Shown: positions 31,105 to 41,795, numbered from the stretch's first letter. The stretch: DNA of 64,000 nucleotides from Candidatus Epulonipiscium sp. (GCA_012518255.1 JAAYSX010000080.1:11932-75931), one strand, 5' to 3'. Program-made: numbers and translations. The notes: generated by a model not told the origin, from the sequence alone.

Positions 31105-31128
31105 AATGTACCCTGTGGTACATTTTTT
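31105..31128 (+). terminator. Rho-independent terminator after the loader operon
   Basis: Stem aatgtacc / ggtacatt with 4-nt loop, followed by TTTT. Confidence 0.6.
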
Positions 31129-31831
31129 ATTGGCTGTCTATAGTTTCTTGGAAGTATTCCACAATTCCTATGTAAACTGCCCATGCTATTTTTTCCTGGT
31201 ACTCATCTGTCATTAACTTACTTTCTTCTTCTCTATTTGTTAAGAAACCACATTCCACAATTACAGATGGGCTACTTGTAGCCCTTAGCACATAATAGTC
31301 TCCATTATGTTTTGCAAGGCGATTATTGTCCTTATCTGCATAATCCTTTATAGCCTTTTGAATATGATTAGCAAGTCTCTTACCCTCTTCTGAGCTATCA
31401 TGATAAAAAACCTGCCCCCCTTTCACATTTGATTGGCTAAAGGCATTTTGATGTATACTAACCAATATATCAGCCTCATTATCATTGGCTTTCTTTGTCC
31501 TATTTATCATATCTGCTTTTTTTATCTTTTTATTATCATCCCCATCTAGGTCCACATCTTCCGTCCTTGTCATTATTACATAGGCCCCAGACTGTTCTAG
31601 ATAATCCCTTAGCTTTAATGCTATTTGTAGGTTTATATCTTTTTCTAGCACTCCTGATATTCCCACCTTGCCTGGATCAAAACCACCATGGCCAGCATCA
31701 ATAACTATTGTTTTGGATGCTGTAGCAAGGGAGAAGCTTTCTATTGCACTATTAGCATACTTAAAATATATTATTCCAAAAATAAAAACCACGGCAATAC
31801 TAGCTACTATCTTTAATTTCTTTTCTTCCAC
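31127..31831 (-). CDS. cwlD: Germination-specific N-acetylmuramoyl-L-alanine amidase
   Basis: 234 aa with an N-terminal TM and amidase_3 motifs VIDAGHGGFDPG and SIHQNA. Confidence 0.85.
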   Translation of the reverse strand: MEEKKLKIVASIAVVFIFGIIYFKYANSAIESFSLATASKTIVIDAGHGGFDPGKVGISGVLEKDINLQIALKLRDYLEQSGAYVIMTRTEDVDLDGDDNKKIKKADMINRTKKANDNEADILVSIHQNAFSQSNVKGGQVFYHDSSEEGKRLANHIQKAIKDYADKDNNRLAKHNGDYYVLRATSSPSVIVECGFLTNREEESKLMTDEYQEKIAWAVYIGIVEYFQETIDSQ

Positions 31832-31893
31832 CTTTTCCCCTCCTTCTCTTAATTATATTCTTTCCATTTACCTATTATTCATATTTAAGAACT

Positions 31894-31927
31894 AAAAAAG
31901 GCGTAACTAATTTAATAGTTACGCCTT
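31894..31927 (-). terminator. Rho-independent terminator after the GH18 gene
   Basis: Stem aaggcgtaacta / tagttacgcctt, followed by T6 on the minus strand. Confidence 0.8.
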
Positions 31928-31934
31928 AAGCTTA

Positions 31935-33638
31935 TTAATTGTTTTTTATTTCATTATTAATAACTTCCCATGTACCTGATGATTCGAGGCCTAGTTTCCA
32001 ACCTGCAATACCAGCTAAATTATACTTAGATAAAAACTTAGCCCTAGATTCCATAGATTTTTCATCTTCTAACCATGCCTTGTATAATCCCTGGTCCTTT
32101 TCATACTCTGCATAGTACTGGCCAGTTCCCTCATCCCACACAGGATCAACTCCATTATTCCTTAGTTCTTGTTTAATACCATCCATCCCAAGGGCTGCTA
32201 CATGGGAAAGTTTAACAGCACCGTCTTCGTCTATATCTTCCCTCCACAGCCTTGAATAAAAGGGCACTCCTAGAATAACCTTGTCTTCTGGAACTTCTTC
32301 AAGTGTATTTTCTATTGCTACTTGTACCCATGGTAGGGATGCTACCGAGCCTGCTTCCTCTGACCCACTCCAATGTTCATCATAGGCCATTATTACAAAA
32401 TAATCTATACTTTTTGAAATCTCTGCCCTATTGTAATGTATTGTCCAAGGCGAGGGCACATATACATCAGTGGAAACATAAATCCCTTGCTCCCTCATAA
32501 TAGGATACAATTCTCTCATAAACTGAACCCAGTAAGGCCCTGTTTTTTGTTCAAGGTTTTCAATATCTATATTTATTCCATCTATATTGTACTCTTCCAC
32601 ATAATCAACTAACTGTTTTATTACCCTATCCCTCTTCTTAGTACTACTTAGTATTTCATGTGTCCATTCACTATTACTAAAGTTATGACTCATTAGTGGC
32701 CATACCTGATAACCCTTATCATGGGCTTTTTCAACATATGACTTTGAACCCTTATCTTGCAAATTACCCTTAGGGTCACTAAATTCAAGCCAGGTAGGGG
32801 ATAGTACATTAACCCCCACCATGTCCTTATATTTGGGGCCATTGAAGTTTGCCTCATAGCCTTTACCTATTTGATCCCATGCTATTACAATAGAACCTGG
32901 GATTTCTTTCTTTATTGGATGTGGTTCGTAAACTTTTTCGGCTTCTTTACTTATTTCTCTATGATGGCTTATATGCTTTTCATTAACATAACCTGTATTC
33001 CCAGTTAATGTCCTTACCTGGGTCCACCCATCTTCAGTGGAATAGGTCATCAGCTCATCACCTTTATATATTGTTTCAACAACAGGACTTTTAATGTCTG
33101 CTTCTACTCTTACCTTAGTTGAACCCTTTGTTGTAATTCCTACAATCCTATCTATTGTTGTATCATCAAATACAAGAATACTTGTTTCTTCATTATAGCT
33201 TGCAACAATATTGTATTTTTCCTCTATTATTTCATATGGTATGTAAACTATATCATCTTTAACTATAATCTTATCTTTTGTTTTTTCTTTTTTATAGTTC
33301 AATTCATAATTATTTTTGTTAGGCCTAAGACGTATCATTTCCCTTGGGTTGGTTATAGTAAGTATCTCCTCTAACTCGTCCCAAAAAAAATCATTCGTAA
33401 TATACTTATCAATAAAACTAATTGGTAAATATAACCTATCATTTTCTATAATTATCTGGTTTTCTAAACTTATACGTTTTTCACCAATAACCACATTAAT
33501 TTGCCCTTCTTCAAACTCTTCAAAGTCTTTACTTGAAGTAACTGTCCTGAAATTTGGTAATTTCTTGTATATCATGAAACCTAATGCTATAATGACAAGC
33601 AATAGGGTGGCTAATATAAACCTAGTTTTTCTTTTCAT
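31935..33638 (-). CDS. Glycoside hydrolase family 18 protein (YaaH/YdhD-like peptidoglycan hydrolase) with N-terminal anchor and SH3-like domain
   Basis: 567 aa with GH18 catalytic signature DGINIDIE. The segment VRVEADIKSPVV..GWTQVRT..GYV looks SH3b-like. Has an N-terminal TM. Confidence 0.8.
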   Translation of the reverse strand: MKRKTRFILATLLLVIIALGFMIYKKLPNFRTVTSSKDFEEFEEGQINVVIGEKRISLENQIIIENDRLYLPISFIDKYITNDFFWDELEEILTITNPREMIRLRPNKNNYELNYKKEKTKDKIIVKDDIVYIPYEIIEEKYNIVASYNEETSILVFDDTTIDRIVGITTKGSTKVRVEADIKSPVVETIYKGDELMTYSTEDGWTQVRTLTGNTGYVNEKHISHHREISKEAEKVYEPHPIKKEIPGSIVIAWDQIGKGYEANFNGPKYKDMVGVNVLSPTWLEFSDPKGNLQDKGSKSYVEKAHDKGYQVWPLMSHNFSNSEWTHEILSSTKKRDRVIKQLVDYVEEYNIDGINIDIENLEQKTGPYWVQFMRELYPIMREQGIYVSTDVYVPSPWTIHYNRAEISKSIDYFVIMAYDEHWSGSEEAGSVASLPWVQVAIENTLEEVPEDKVILGVPFYSRLWREDIDEDGAVKLSHVAALGMDGIKQELRNNGVDPVWDEGTGQYYAEYEKDQGLYKAWLEDEKSMESRAKFLSKYNLAGIAGWKLGLESSGTWEVINNEIKNN

Positions 33639-33823
33639 CGAATACCTCCTCCCTAAATAATCTTTTAAACATAGTATATCATATATATATATATACTTTC
33701 ATATGCCCCTAATTTTCCCTATTTATTTCTATTGAATTTTTAACCTCTTTACAGTTGACCATTACTTGCATTATACTATAGATATGGCAAGTTTATTTTG
33801 TAATAAGATAGGATGTGATTTAT

Positions 33824-34501
33824 ATGAAAATAGAAAAAGTTAGTGATACGCAAATCAGAGTTACCCTAAGTCACTCAGATCTTACCCCAAGGGACATTAA
33901 AATTAGCGAGCTTGCTTATGGATCTCAAAAGGCCCAAGAGCTTTTCAGAGAAATGATGGACCAAGCATATGAGGAGTTTGGATTTGAAACAGAGAATATT
34001 CCACTTATGATTGAGGCAATACCTCTTCCTAAGGGAAGCATTATGATTGTAGTAACGAAGATTGAAGACCCATCTGAAATTGACGAGCGTTTAGATGGAT
34101 TTGGGGAACACCCCTCCCATAGAATGTTCAATTCCAACCAGGGCGAAATTAACACCCAAGAGGATATACCACTTACAACAACACATGATGAAACAGAGCA
34201 AGAAGATGACCCTGCTTTGATTTATTCTTTTCCAACATTAGACCAGGTTACTAATGCAGGACATAGAATTAACTCCATATATTGTGGTATGAACTCTTTA
34301 TATAAGAAAGGTAATGGTACTTACTTCCTAGTACTTCACCCTAATTTTATGCATAAGACTAGCCAAGAACAACTTGAAGCTGCTCTTAGCGAATTTGGTC
34401 AGAAGCATATTTCATCGTCCCTTAGCGAAAGATATCTCATGGAACACCATAGTTTACTAATTAAAAATAAGGCAATTGAAGTGCTTACAACATATCTTTA
34501 A
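33824..34501 (+). CDS. mecA: Adaptor protein MecA
   Basis: MKIEKVSDTQIRVTLSHSDL...MIEAIPLPKGSIMIVVTK with an acidic linker and a C-terminal domain ending in ...LMEHHSLLIKNKAIEVL. Confidence 0.8.
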   Translation: MKIEKVSDTQIRVTLSHSDLTPRDIKISELAYGSQKAQELFREMMDQAYEEFGFETENIPLMIEAIPLPKGSIMIVVTKIEDPSEIDERLDGFGEHPSHRMFNSNQGEINTQEDIPLTTTHDETEQEDDPALIYSFPTLDQVTNAGHRINSIYCGMNSLYKKGNGTYFLVLHPNFMHKTSQEQLEAALSEFGQKHISSSLSERYLMEHHSLLIKNKAIEVLTTYL

Positions 34502-34506
34502 GCCTT

Positions 34507-34546
34507 AAAAAGCCTCATATCAAAATATTTTGATATGAGGCTTTTT
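34507..34546. terminator. Bidirectional terminator between convergent mecA and the DUF1858 gene
   Basis: Perfect 40-nt palindrome aaaaagcctcatatcaaaat/attttgatatgaggcttttt, flanked by A and T runs. Confidence 0.85.
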
Positions 34547-34547
34547 A

Positions 34548-34754
34548 TTATTTGTTTGCTAGGAAATCATTTAATTCCTGTACAAATTCATCTGGATCTT
34601 TACCATGTACCATACATGCTTCTTCTATAGTCTCACTTTGTGCAGATGGGCATCCTAAGCAGTGCATTCCCATACCCATTAAAAGTGGAATAAAACCTTC
34701 ATCAATATGAAGTATTTCACCAATTACCATATCTTTTGTTATTTTTACTGACAT
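34548..34754 (-). CDS. DUF1858-type redox disulfide protein (hybrid-cluster-protein associated family)
   Basis: 68 aa with a GMHCLGCP CxxC motif. Confidence 0.7.
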   Translation of the reverse strand: MSVKITKDMVIGEILHIDEGFIPLLMGMGMHCLGCPSAQSETIEEACMVHGKDPDEFVQELNDFLANK

Positions 34755-34826
34755 ATTAATTCTCCTTTCGTAAAAATTTAAAGCTTCTTATATTATAATT
34801 GTTTTTCATAGTTTTGCAAATAGCTT

Positions 34827-36479
34827 TTAGATTTTATTTTGTGTAAAGTTCATAAGTTTAGGGATAATCTGCTTTTTACGTGAGTATACATCTGGAAGGA
34901 ATACACTATTTTCTTCCTTTCTTACCTCAAAAGCCTGATCTGCAATCCATTTTTCACTACCTACAACTAATAATTCTGTACCACCAACTATTAGATTGGT
35001 AATCATTAATATGCTAAGATCCAGATTTTGATTAATACATAAGGTTTCCATTTCTTCTAGTATTTTTTCCTTCATTTCAAATATTCCCTGGAAGTCCCCT
35101 GTATTAAACTGGGATACTGCTGCATGATACTGTCCTAATGTAAAATATTTCATATCAGTAAGTAGTATCTCCTTAGGTGTAACATTTTCTAAGGTTGTTC
35201 CAGCCGCTATCATATCCATCCCATATTGATTAAGATCCACACCAGCTATTTGGGCTAGTTTCTTTGCAACTCGCACATCTTCACTTGTACAGGTTGGGGA
35301 GTGGAATATCAGGGTATCTGATAAAATAGCACTTAGCATAACCCCCGCAATTTCTGGTGGTGGCATTATATTATGCTCATCATACATCTTTCCTATTATT
35401 GTACAGGTACAACCTACTGGCTCTGCCCTAAAGAATACTGGTGACATTGTATCAATATTAGCTACCCTATGATGATCTATAATTTCTAAAATCTCTGCTT
35501 GCTCTATCCCTGGTACAGATTGGGACACTTCATTATGGTCAACAAGAATAACTTGTTTTTTCTTGATATCTAATAGGTGATGTTTTGATATTGTCCCCTG
35601 AACGTGCCCTGTCCTATCCACAATAGGGAACTGACTATGGGTAGACGTTACCATTACATCCCTTGCTTCTTCTAATGTCTCATCAGTCTGGAAATACATA
35701 AGGTTTTGTGTTTTCATAACATTTTTCACTGATATACTTTGGGATATTATCTTTATAGTTTTAAAGAAGGTATGAGGCACACATACAATTTCACTTTTAT
35801 TATCTTCTGGTATGTCCTTTTGTATGTTTTGTAAGTCCTCCATATCTTCCATATTCTGGCCTGTAAAGATAATACAACCTGCCCCTGATTCCAGTGCCAT
35901 TTTCTTTAAATGTGATTGCATTCCAGTTATTAATATATCTGCATCTGTTAGTTTTTGGTTTTCTTCTATAGATGCCGTAGTATAAACATTGCCCTTTACA
36001 TATGCATATGGATAATCTCCTTGCACTGTCTTCCCATTAAGTACAGCTAGTATATTAACAAAGGGTGTTTTGTTTTCTTTTAGTACACTTCCATCTGTAA
36101 GCCCTATATAGGTCTTTGCAATATCCGATATGGTTACAACCCCTGCTAGTCTGTGATCATGGTAAAGTACAGGTATCATCTGATGCCCTGTTTCTGTCAT
36201 AACACTCCAAGCCTTTTGCACTGAATCTACTACATAGATAGGTGGTGTTTCATGGTATGACATATCACCTACTTGGGGCTTTATATTTGTTAAAAGTTCA
36301 GGTTCCTCTACATCAAAGTAATCCAAAACATAACGTGTTTCTTTATTTATTTTACCTAAACGCATTGCCACCACATTTTTGAAACCTTGTACATGTTTAA
36401 AATGTGTGTATGCTATAGACGCACATATAGAATCTGTATCTGGGTTAGTGTGTCCAAACACGTATATTGGTTTTTTCAT
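34827..36479 (-). CDS. CBS-domain family II (DHH) inorganic pyrophosphatase
   Basis: MKKPIYVFGHTNPDTDSICASIAY, VDHNE, IIDHHR and a DHHA2 C-terminus, with a CBS pair inserted. The N-terminal 30 codons of the tracked ORF are judged spurious. Confidence 0.8.
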   Translation of the reverse strand: MKKPIYVFGHTNPDTDSICASIAYTHFKHVQGFKNVVAMRLGKINKETRYVLDYFDVEEPELLTNIKPQVGDMSYHETPPIYVVDSVQKAWSVMTETGHQMIPVLYHDHRLAGVVTISDIAKTYIGLTDGSVLKENKTPFVNILAVLNGKTVQGDYPYAYVKGNVYTTASIEENQKLTDADILITGMQSHLKKMALESGAGCIIFTGQNMEDMEDLQNIQKDIPEDNKSEIVCVPHTFFKTIKIISQSISVKNVMKTQNLMYFQTDETLEEARDVMVTSTHSQFPIVDRTGHVQGTISKHHLLDIKKKQVILVDHNEVSQSVPGIEQAEILEIIDHHRVANIDTMSPVFFRAEPVGCTCTIIGKMYDEHNIMPPPEIAGVMLSAILSDTLIFHSPTCTSEDVRVAKKLAQIAGVDLNQYGMDMIAAGTTLENVTPKEILLTDMKYFTLGQYHAAVSQFNTGDFQGIFEMKEKILEEMETLCINQNLDLSILMITNLIVGGTELLVVGSEKWIADQAFEVRKEENSVFLPDVYSRKKQIIPKLMNFTQNKI

Positions 36480-36729
36480 ATATATTTTTTTCCTTTCTAT
36501 TGAATTATTTAAGTTCAAAATACTTCCTTCAATTACTAGAATTATAATATATTTTTGATTTATGCACAAGTTTAGATTCTAATATAGGTATTTTTAGTAA
36601 ATATCATCAAATTAACGCTATAATAAATCTTATTATATATATTATATCTAACAAGAGGGAACTATATAAGTGTATGGGGTTAAAATTATATGAACTTTAG
36701 TATAAGTTAGGCTTTTTCCTCTTTAGCTA

Positions 36730-36758
36730 TTGACCTGTATACTGTATACACTTATAAT
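36730..36758 (+). promoter_or_regulatory. Sigma-A promoter of pflBA with a palindrome in the spacer
   Basis: TTGACC (36730-36735), 17 nt, TATAAT (36753-36758). The spacer contains TGTATAC-T-GTATACA (36736-36750). Confidence 0.65.
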
Positions 36759-36828
36759 GTAAGTGTACTAAATGATAATGAAATTTGTAATTGTTAAATA
36801 TAATACTTTAAAAAAGGAGATGGATAAT

Positions 36829-39057
36829 ATGTTCAAGCAGTGGAATGGTTTCGAACCTGGTGAATGGACCAAAGAAGTAAATGTACGCGATTTTATCCAA
36901 AAAAACTATAAACCTTATGAAGGTGATGATTCTTTCTTAACGGATGCAACCGAAAGTACTAAAGAACTTTGGGATGAGGTACTAAAACTTACAAGCAAAG
37001 AATTTAAAAAAGGTATATTAGATGTAGAAACTAAAGTTCCATCTACAATAGTATCCCACGGACCTGGATACCTTAATAAGGAGCTTGAAAAAATCGTTGG
37101 TTTCCAATCAGATGCGCCACTTAAAAGAAATATTATGCCAAATGGTGGTATTCGTACAGTTCAAAACGCTCTTGAATCCTATGGTTATGAACTAGATGAA
37201 CAAACAGAAAAGATTTTTACCGAACACCGCAAAACTCATAATGATGGTGTGTACTCAGTTTATACTGAAGATATGAGAAAGGCTCGTAGATCAGGAATTA
37301 TTACTGGATTACCAGATGCATACGGACGTGGTAGAATTATTGGTGACTACAGACGTGTTGCACTATATGGTATGGACTTCTTAATTGAAGATAAGGAAAA
37401 TGAGAAAAAGTCACTTGAAGTAACACCTATGACTGAAGAGGCTATCCGCTTACGTGAAGAGCTTACAGAACAAATTCAATCACTTAAAGAACTTAAGGAA
37501 ATGGCAACTTTCTATGATTGTGATATTTCACAACCAGCCCAAACAGCACAAGAAGCTATCCAAGCAACTTACTTTGGATACCTAGCAGCTATTAAAGAGC
37601 AAGACGGTGCTGCTATGTCACTTGGACGTGTATCTACATTCCTTGATATCTACGTTGAAAGAGATCTAGCAAACGGTACCTTAACTGAGGTTGAAGCTCA
37701 AGAATTAATGGATCACTTTGTAATGAAACTTCGTATGGTACGTTTCTTACGTACACCAGCCTACAATGAATTATTCTCAGGAGATCCAACTTGGGTAACT
37801 GAGGCAATTGGTGGTATGGGAATTGATGGACGTACCCTAGTTACCAAAAATAGTTTCCGTATGCTTCACACATTAAGCAACCTTGGACCTGCACCAGAGC
37901 CAAACTTAACAGTTCTTTGGTCTAATAATTTACCACAGAACTTTAAAGACTTCTGCTCTAGGTTATCTATAGAAACAAGTTCAATCCAATACGAAAATGA
38001 CGACCTAATGCGTCCAACCTACGGTGATGACTACGGTATTGCATGCTGCGTTTCTGCTATGAAAATTGGTAAGCAAATGCAATTCTTTGGTGCACGTGCA
38101 AACCTTGCAAAAGCACTTGTATATGCAATAAACGGTGGTAAGGATGAACTAACAGGTGTACAAGTTTCACCTATGTTTGCACCTATTACATCAGAGTATT
38201 TAGACTATGATGAAGTGTGGGCTAAGTTCGATCAAATGATGGATTGGTTAAGTGAGCTATATGTTGATACACTTAATGTTATCCACTATATGCACGATAA
38301 ATATTGCTATGAAAAGATAGAAATGGCGCTACATGATAAAGATGTTGTTCGTACATTTGCAACAGGTATTGCTGGATTATCAGTAGTTGCTGACTCACTA
38401 TCTGCTATTAAATATGCTAAAGTAAAAACAATTAGAGATGAAAATGGCTTAGTTGTAGACTATGAAATCGAAGGTGATTACCCAGCATTTGGTAACAATG
38501 ATCCAAGAGTTGATGATATTGCTGTAGAAGTAACCCAAAGATTTATGGAAAAAATTAGATCCCATAAAACATACAGAAACTCAGTTCCAACTCTATCAAT
38601 CTTAACAATTACATCAAATGTAGTTTATGGTAAGAAAACAGGTAATACACCTGACGGACGTAAGGCTGGAGAACCATTTGCACCAGGTGCCAACCCAATG
38701 CATGGAAGAGATACTAAAGGAGCTTTAGCTGCTTTATCATCAGTAGCTAAAATACCATATAAGGATGCTGAAGATGGTATTTCCTATACATTCTCTATCA
38801 TCCCAGGTGCCCTTGGTAAATCAGAGGATGAAAGAATTAAGAACCTATCTGGTATAATGGATGGTTACTTTGCCCAAAATGGTCACCACATTAACATTAA
38901 CGTATTTGATAGGGAAACATTACTAGATGCAATGGATCACCCTGAAGAGTATCCACAACTTACAATTAGGGTTTCAGGATACGCTGTAAACTTCATTAGA
39001 TTAACACGTGAACAACAACTTGATGTTATTAATAGAACATTCCACAAAGGATTCTAA
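36829..39057 (+). CDS. pflB: Formate C-acetyltransferase (pyruvate formate-lyase)
   Basis: 742 aa from the ATG after AAAAGGAG. Has active-site IACCVSAM and glycyl-radical motif RVSGYAVNF. Confidence 0.95.
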   Translation: MFKQWNGFEPGEWTKEVNVRDFIQKNYKPYEGDDSFLTDATESTKELWDEVLKLTSKEFKKGILDVETKVPSTIVSHGPGYLNKELEKIVGFQSDAPLKRNIMPNGGIRTVQNALESYGYELDEQTEKIFTEHRKTHNDGVYSVYTEDMRKARRSGIITGLPDAYGRGRIIGDYRRVALYGMDFLIEDKENEKKSLEVTPMTEEAIRLREELTEQIQSLKELKEMATFYDCDISQPAQTAQEAIQATYFGYLAAIKEQDGAAMSLGRVSTFLDIYVERDLANGTLTEVEAQELMDHFVMKLRMVRFLRTPAYNELFSGDPTWVTEAIGGMGIDGRTLVTKNSFRMLHTLSNLGPAPEPNLTVLWSNNLPQNFKDFCSRLSIETSSIQYENDDLMRPTYGDDYGIACCVSAMKIGKQMQFFGARANLAKALVYAINGGKDELTGVQVSPMFAPITSEYLDYDEVWAKFDQMMDWLSELYVDTLNVIHYMHDKYCYEKIEMALHDKDVVRTFATGIAGLSVVADSLSAIKYAKVKTIRDENGLVVDYEIEGDYPAFGNNDPRVDDIAVEVTQRFMEKIRSHKTYRNSVPTLSILTITSNVVYGKKTGNTPDGRKAGEPFAPGANPMHGRDTKGALAALSSVAKIPYKDAEDGISYTFSIIPGALGKSEDERIKNLSGIMDGYFAQNGHHININVFDRETLLDAMDHPEEYPQLTIRVSGYAVNFIRLTREQQLDVINRTFHKGF

Positions 39058-39086
39058 ATAGCATTATTATAAAGGAGGTGTATGAC

Positions 39087-39821
39087 ATGATAGGAAGAGT
39101 ACATTCAATTGAAACCTGCGGTACAGTAGATGGTCCTGGAATTCGTTATGTTTTGTTTACCCAAGGTTGTCCCTTAAGGTGTCAATACTGCCACAACCCT
39201 GACAGCTGGAAGGTTGGGGATGGCAAAGAAATGAATGTAGATACTATTTTAGCTGATGTTCTAAAATATAAAACCTACATGCAGTTTTCAGGTGGTGGCA
39301 TTACCATAAGTGGTGGAGAACCACTCTTACAAGCTGACTTTGTAGGGGAGATATTCAGAAAATGTAAAGAAAATAATATCCATACCTGCCTTGATACATC
39401 AGGATATATTGAACCACATAGAGCTGATCCAGTTTTAGACCATACTGACTTAGTATTACTTGATATCAAGTCATATAATCCTCTAGTTTTTAAGGATGTA
39501 ACAGGGGTTGCCATAGATAAGACCTTAGCATTTGCTGAACATCTAAATAAACGTGGTATTCCTGTATGGATTAGATATGTTCTTGTACCTAATTTAACAG
39601 ATGATCCAGAAGATATTGAGGCCTTAGCTAAATATCTTAGTGGTCTAAATAATATAGAACGTATAGATATTCTTCCATTTCACAAAATGGGTGAATATAA
39701 ATGGGAACAATTAGGGTATGATTATAAATTGACTGATACCTCTCCTCCTGAAGCTAAGGAGCTAGAGATGGCCCAGGATATACTGCTTAAGTATAATCTA
39801 CCCCTTCATATAGAAGCTTAA
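39087..39821 (+). CDS. pflA: Pyruvate formate-lyase activating enzyme (radical SAM)
   Basis: CPLRCQYCHNPD CX3CX2C motif. ATG 39087 lies 9 nt after AAAGGAGG. Confidence 0.93.
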   Translation: MIGRVHSIETCGTVDGPGIRYVLFTQGCPLRCQYCHNPDSWKVGDGKEMNVDTILADVLKYKTYMQFSGGGITISGGEPLLQADFVGEIFRKCKENNIHTCLDTSGYIEPHRADPVLDHTDLVLLDIKSYNPLVFKDVTGVAIDKTLAFAEHLNKRGIPVWIRYVLVPNLTDDPEDIEALAKYLSGLNNIERIDILPFHKMGEYKWEQLGYDYKLTDTSPPEAKELEMAQDILLKYNLPLHIEA

Positions 39822-39822
39822 T

Positions 39823-39862
39823 ATAAAGGTAGTTTCATAATTTCTTATGAAACTACCTTTAT
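39823..39862. terminator. Bidirectional terminator between convergent pflA and the MerR gene
   Basis: Stem ataaaggtagtttcataa / ttatgaaactacctttat with loop tttc. Confidence 0.8.
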
Positions 39863-40527
39863 TATTTCTCACTAATATATTCATCCTCATAAGTTACTAG
39901 CTTCTTCCTACCAAACATTTTACCAAAGAAGGATTTTTTCTCCTTTGTTTCTTCCTTAATATCATTAATCTCCCTGCGTAGCTCCTGCATCTCCCGCATA
40001 GTTTCATCTAGCTTTTTATATCTTTCCTTATCCTTCTCCTCATATATACTTTCTATTCTTTCTATTTCCCCCTTCATATCTTCTTCTATCTTGTACTTAA
40101 TATGATGATTAAGCTCCGACTTTAACTCTGCCTCATTTTCATATATAGCCTGTACAAATGTTTCTTTCATCATTAAACGGAACTGCTCCACCTTATCATT
40201 ACTAGTATCAGTAATATCAAGTATAGGTTTAGGGTCTAGGGCAGTACTAGCCTCCATATAAGCTTCACTTGCTTCATCCCAATCTTCAACGCCTTCAGAA
40301 TCATAATAGGCCTGTATGTTTTTTTTAATAGCCCTAAGTTGTAGACCCTGCTCCTTTAAAGTTATAATATCCTTAAATACCTTTATATCATATTCCCTAT
40401 AATATCTATGCCCCAAGGAGTTTCTTGGAATATCTAGTTTAAGTTCATCTTCATAATACCTTAATGTATGATTTTCTAAATTTAATAATTCTGATGCTTC
40501 CGTAATAGAATACACTTTATCCTGCAT
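39862..40527 (-). CDS. MerR-family transcriptional regulator with long coiled-coil C-terminus
   Basis: YSITEASELLNLENHTLRYYEDE HTH. The C-terminal half is charged and helical. Confidence 0.8.
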   Translation of the reverse strand: MQDKVYSITEASELLNLENHTLRYYEDELKLDIPRNSLGHRYYREYDIKVFKDIITLKEQGLQLRAIKKNIQAYYDSEGVEDWDEASEAYMEASTALDPKPILDITDTSNDKVEQFRLMMKETFVQAIYENEAELKSELNHHIKYKIEEDMKGEIERIESIYEEKDKERYKKLDETMREMQELRREINDIKEETKEKKSFFGKMFGRKKLVTYEDEYISEK

Positions 40528-40569
40528 CTTACAACCCTCTTTCTTCTTACAATTTCTACCATTACCTTT

Positions 40570-40660
40570 ATTATACCATTTTCTTACATTAGTTCAAGTA
40601 TAACTTGACACTCGGCTCTTTTTTATATATACTTTGAATGTCTATTTGTTTGAGTGTCAA
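40570..40660. promoter_or_regulatory. Back-to-back divergent promoters with a 9-bp inverted repeat TTGACACTC / GAGTGTCAA
   Basis: Plus strand: TTGACA 40605-40610, 17 nt, TATACT 40628-40633. Minus strand: TTGAAC 40597-40592, 16 nt, TATAAT 40575-40570. Inverted-repeat arms are at 40605-40613 and 40652-40660. Confidence 0.5.
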
Positions 40661-40701
40661 AGCATATATAATTAGTTTTTATAATAAGCAAGGAGGTTTG
40701 T

Positions 40702-41751
40702 ATGGATCTTCCACAATTAAAGATAGGGGATTTAACTGCCAAACTACCAATTATTCAGGGTGGCATGGGAGTTGGAATATCCCTTAATAAACTAGCTAGT
40801 GCAGTTGCAAATGAAGGAGGAATCGGTATTATTTCAGGGGTACAGGTAGGATTTCGTGATCCCAATTTTATAAAGGATCCTTTAGGCTGTAACCTTAGGG
40901 CCTTAGAGTCTGAAATTAAACTGACTAAAGCCAAGGCCCCCAACGGGATTATCGGAGTTAACTTTATGGTAGCCATGGAAAACTACAATGAATTAGTTAA
41001 GAAGGCAGTAGAATGTAAGGTTGATCTTATTATATCTGGTGCTGGCCTTCCACTTGAACTACCTAATCTTGTTAAAGGATCTAATACCAAAATTGCCCCT
41101 ATAGTATCTTCTTCAAAGGCTGCAGCTCTTATTTGTAAGGTTTGGGATAGGAAAAATAGGCTTGCTCCTGACCTAATTATTGTCGAGGGGCCCCTAGCAG
41201 GTGGCCATTTAGGTTTTACTAAAGCTGAACTTCAATCTAAAGAGGCTTCTACTTTAGATAATATTTTGCTTGATGTTATTAAAGTAGTTAAGCCTTATGA
41301 AAAAAAATATAATAAGAACATAGCTATTATTGCAGCTGGTGGTATCCACGATGGTAGAGATGTTAAAAGGTTGCTACAACTTGGAGCTAATGGAGTACAA
41401 GTAGGCACAAGGTTTATAACTACCCATGAATGTGATGCCCATGATAGTTACAAATTAGCATATCTTAAGGCAGAAGAGAATGATATTAATCTTGTTACAA
41501 GTCCAGTAGGCATGCCTGGCCGTGCTATAATTAATGATCTTATAAGAAGGGATGAGTGCAATAAGCATTGCCTATATAAGTGCCTAGAATCTTGTAGGCC
41601 TAAGGAAATACCCTACTGTATTTCCCAGGCACTTTTTGATGCTGCAAATGGTGATATAAATAATGGCCTTCTTTTTTGCGGTGTCCATGGTTACAAGGCA
41701 AATAAGCTTCAAAGTGTAAAGGAAGTTATGAATGAACTAACAAATTTTTAA
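40702..41751 (+). CDS. FMN-dependent NPD-family oxidoreductase (nitronate monooxygenase / FabK-like)
   Basis: 349 aa with PIIQGGMGVGIS and EGPLAGGH motifs of the 2-nitropropane dioxygenase-like TIM-barrel family. Confidence 0.75.
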   Translation: MDLPQLKIGDLTAKLPIIQGGMGVGISLNKLASAVANEGGIGIISGVQVGFRDPNFIKDPLGCNLRALESEIKLTKAKAPNGIIGVNFMVAMENYNELVKKAVECKVDLIISGAGLPLELPNLVKGSNTKIAPIVSSSKAAALICKVWDRKNRLAPDLIIVEGPLAGGHLGFTKAELQSKEASTLDNILLDVIKVVKPYEKKYNKNIAIIAAGGIHDGRDVKRLLQLGANGVQVGTRFITTHECDAHDSYKLAYLKAEENDINLVTSPVGMPGRAIINDLIRRDECNKHCLYKCLESCRPKEIPYCISQALFDAANGDINNGLLFCGVHGYKANKLQSVKEVMNELTNF

Positions 41752-41755
41752 ATAA

Positions 41756-41795
41756 AAAGGTGGCCAATATTATAGATCTAATATTGACCACCTTT
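41756..41795. terminator. Bidirectional terminator between the oxidoreductase gene and dnaB
   Basis: Stem aaaggtggccaatatta / taatattgaccaccttt (1 mismatch). Confidence 0.75.

Noticed and set aside
33681-33695. (AT)n microsatellite in the GH18/mecA divergent intergenic region
   Set aside because: It is a short simple-sequence run in AT-rich promoter DNA. Nothing ties it to phase variation, and it is not positioned between recognisable -35 and -10 elements.
36480-36569. N-terminal extensions in the ORF track (PPase 36569, pflB 36772, tctC 54201, rplI 43639, ECF-S 4782, amidohydrolase 59076)
   Set aside because: In each case an internal ATG is preceded by a good Shine-Dalgarno sequence and matches the family N-terminus or a lipoprotein signal. 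The extensions lack an RBS and add non-homologous residues.
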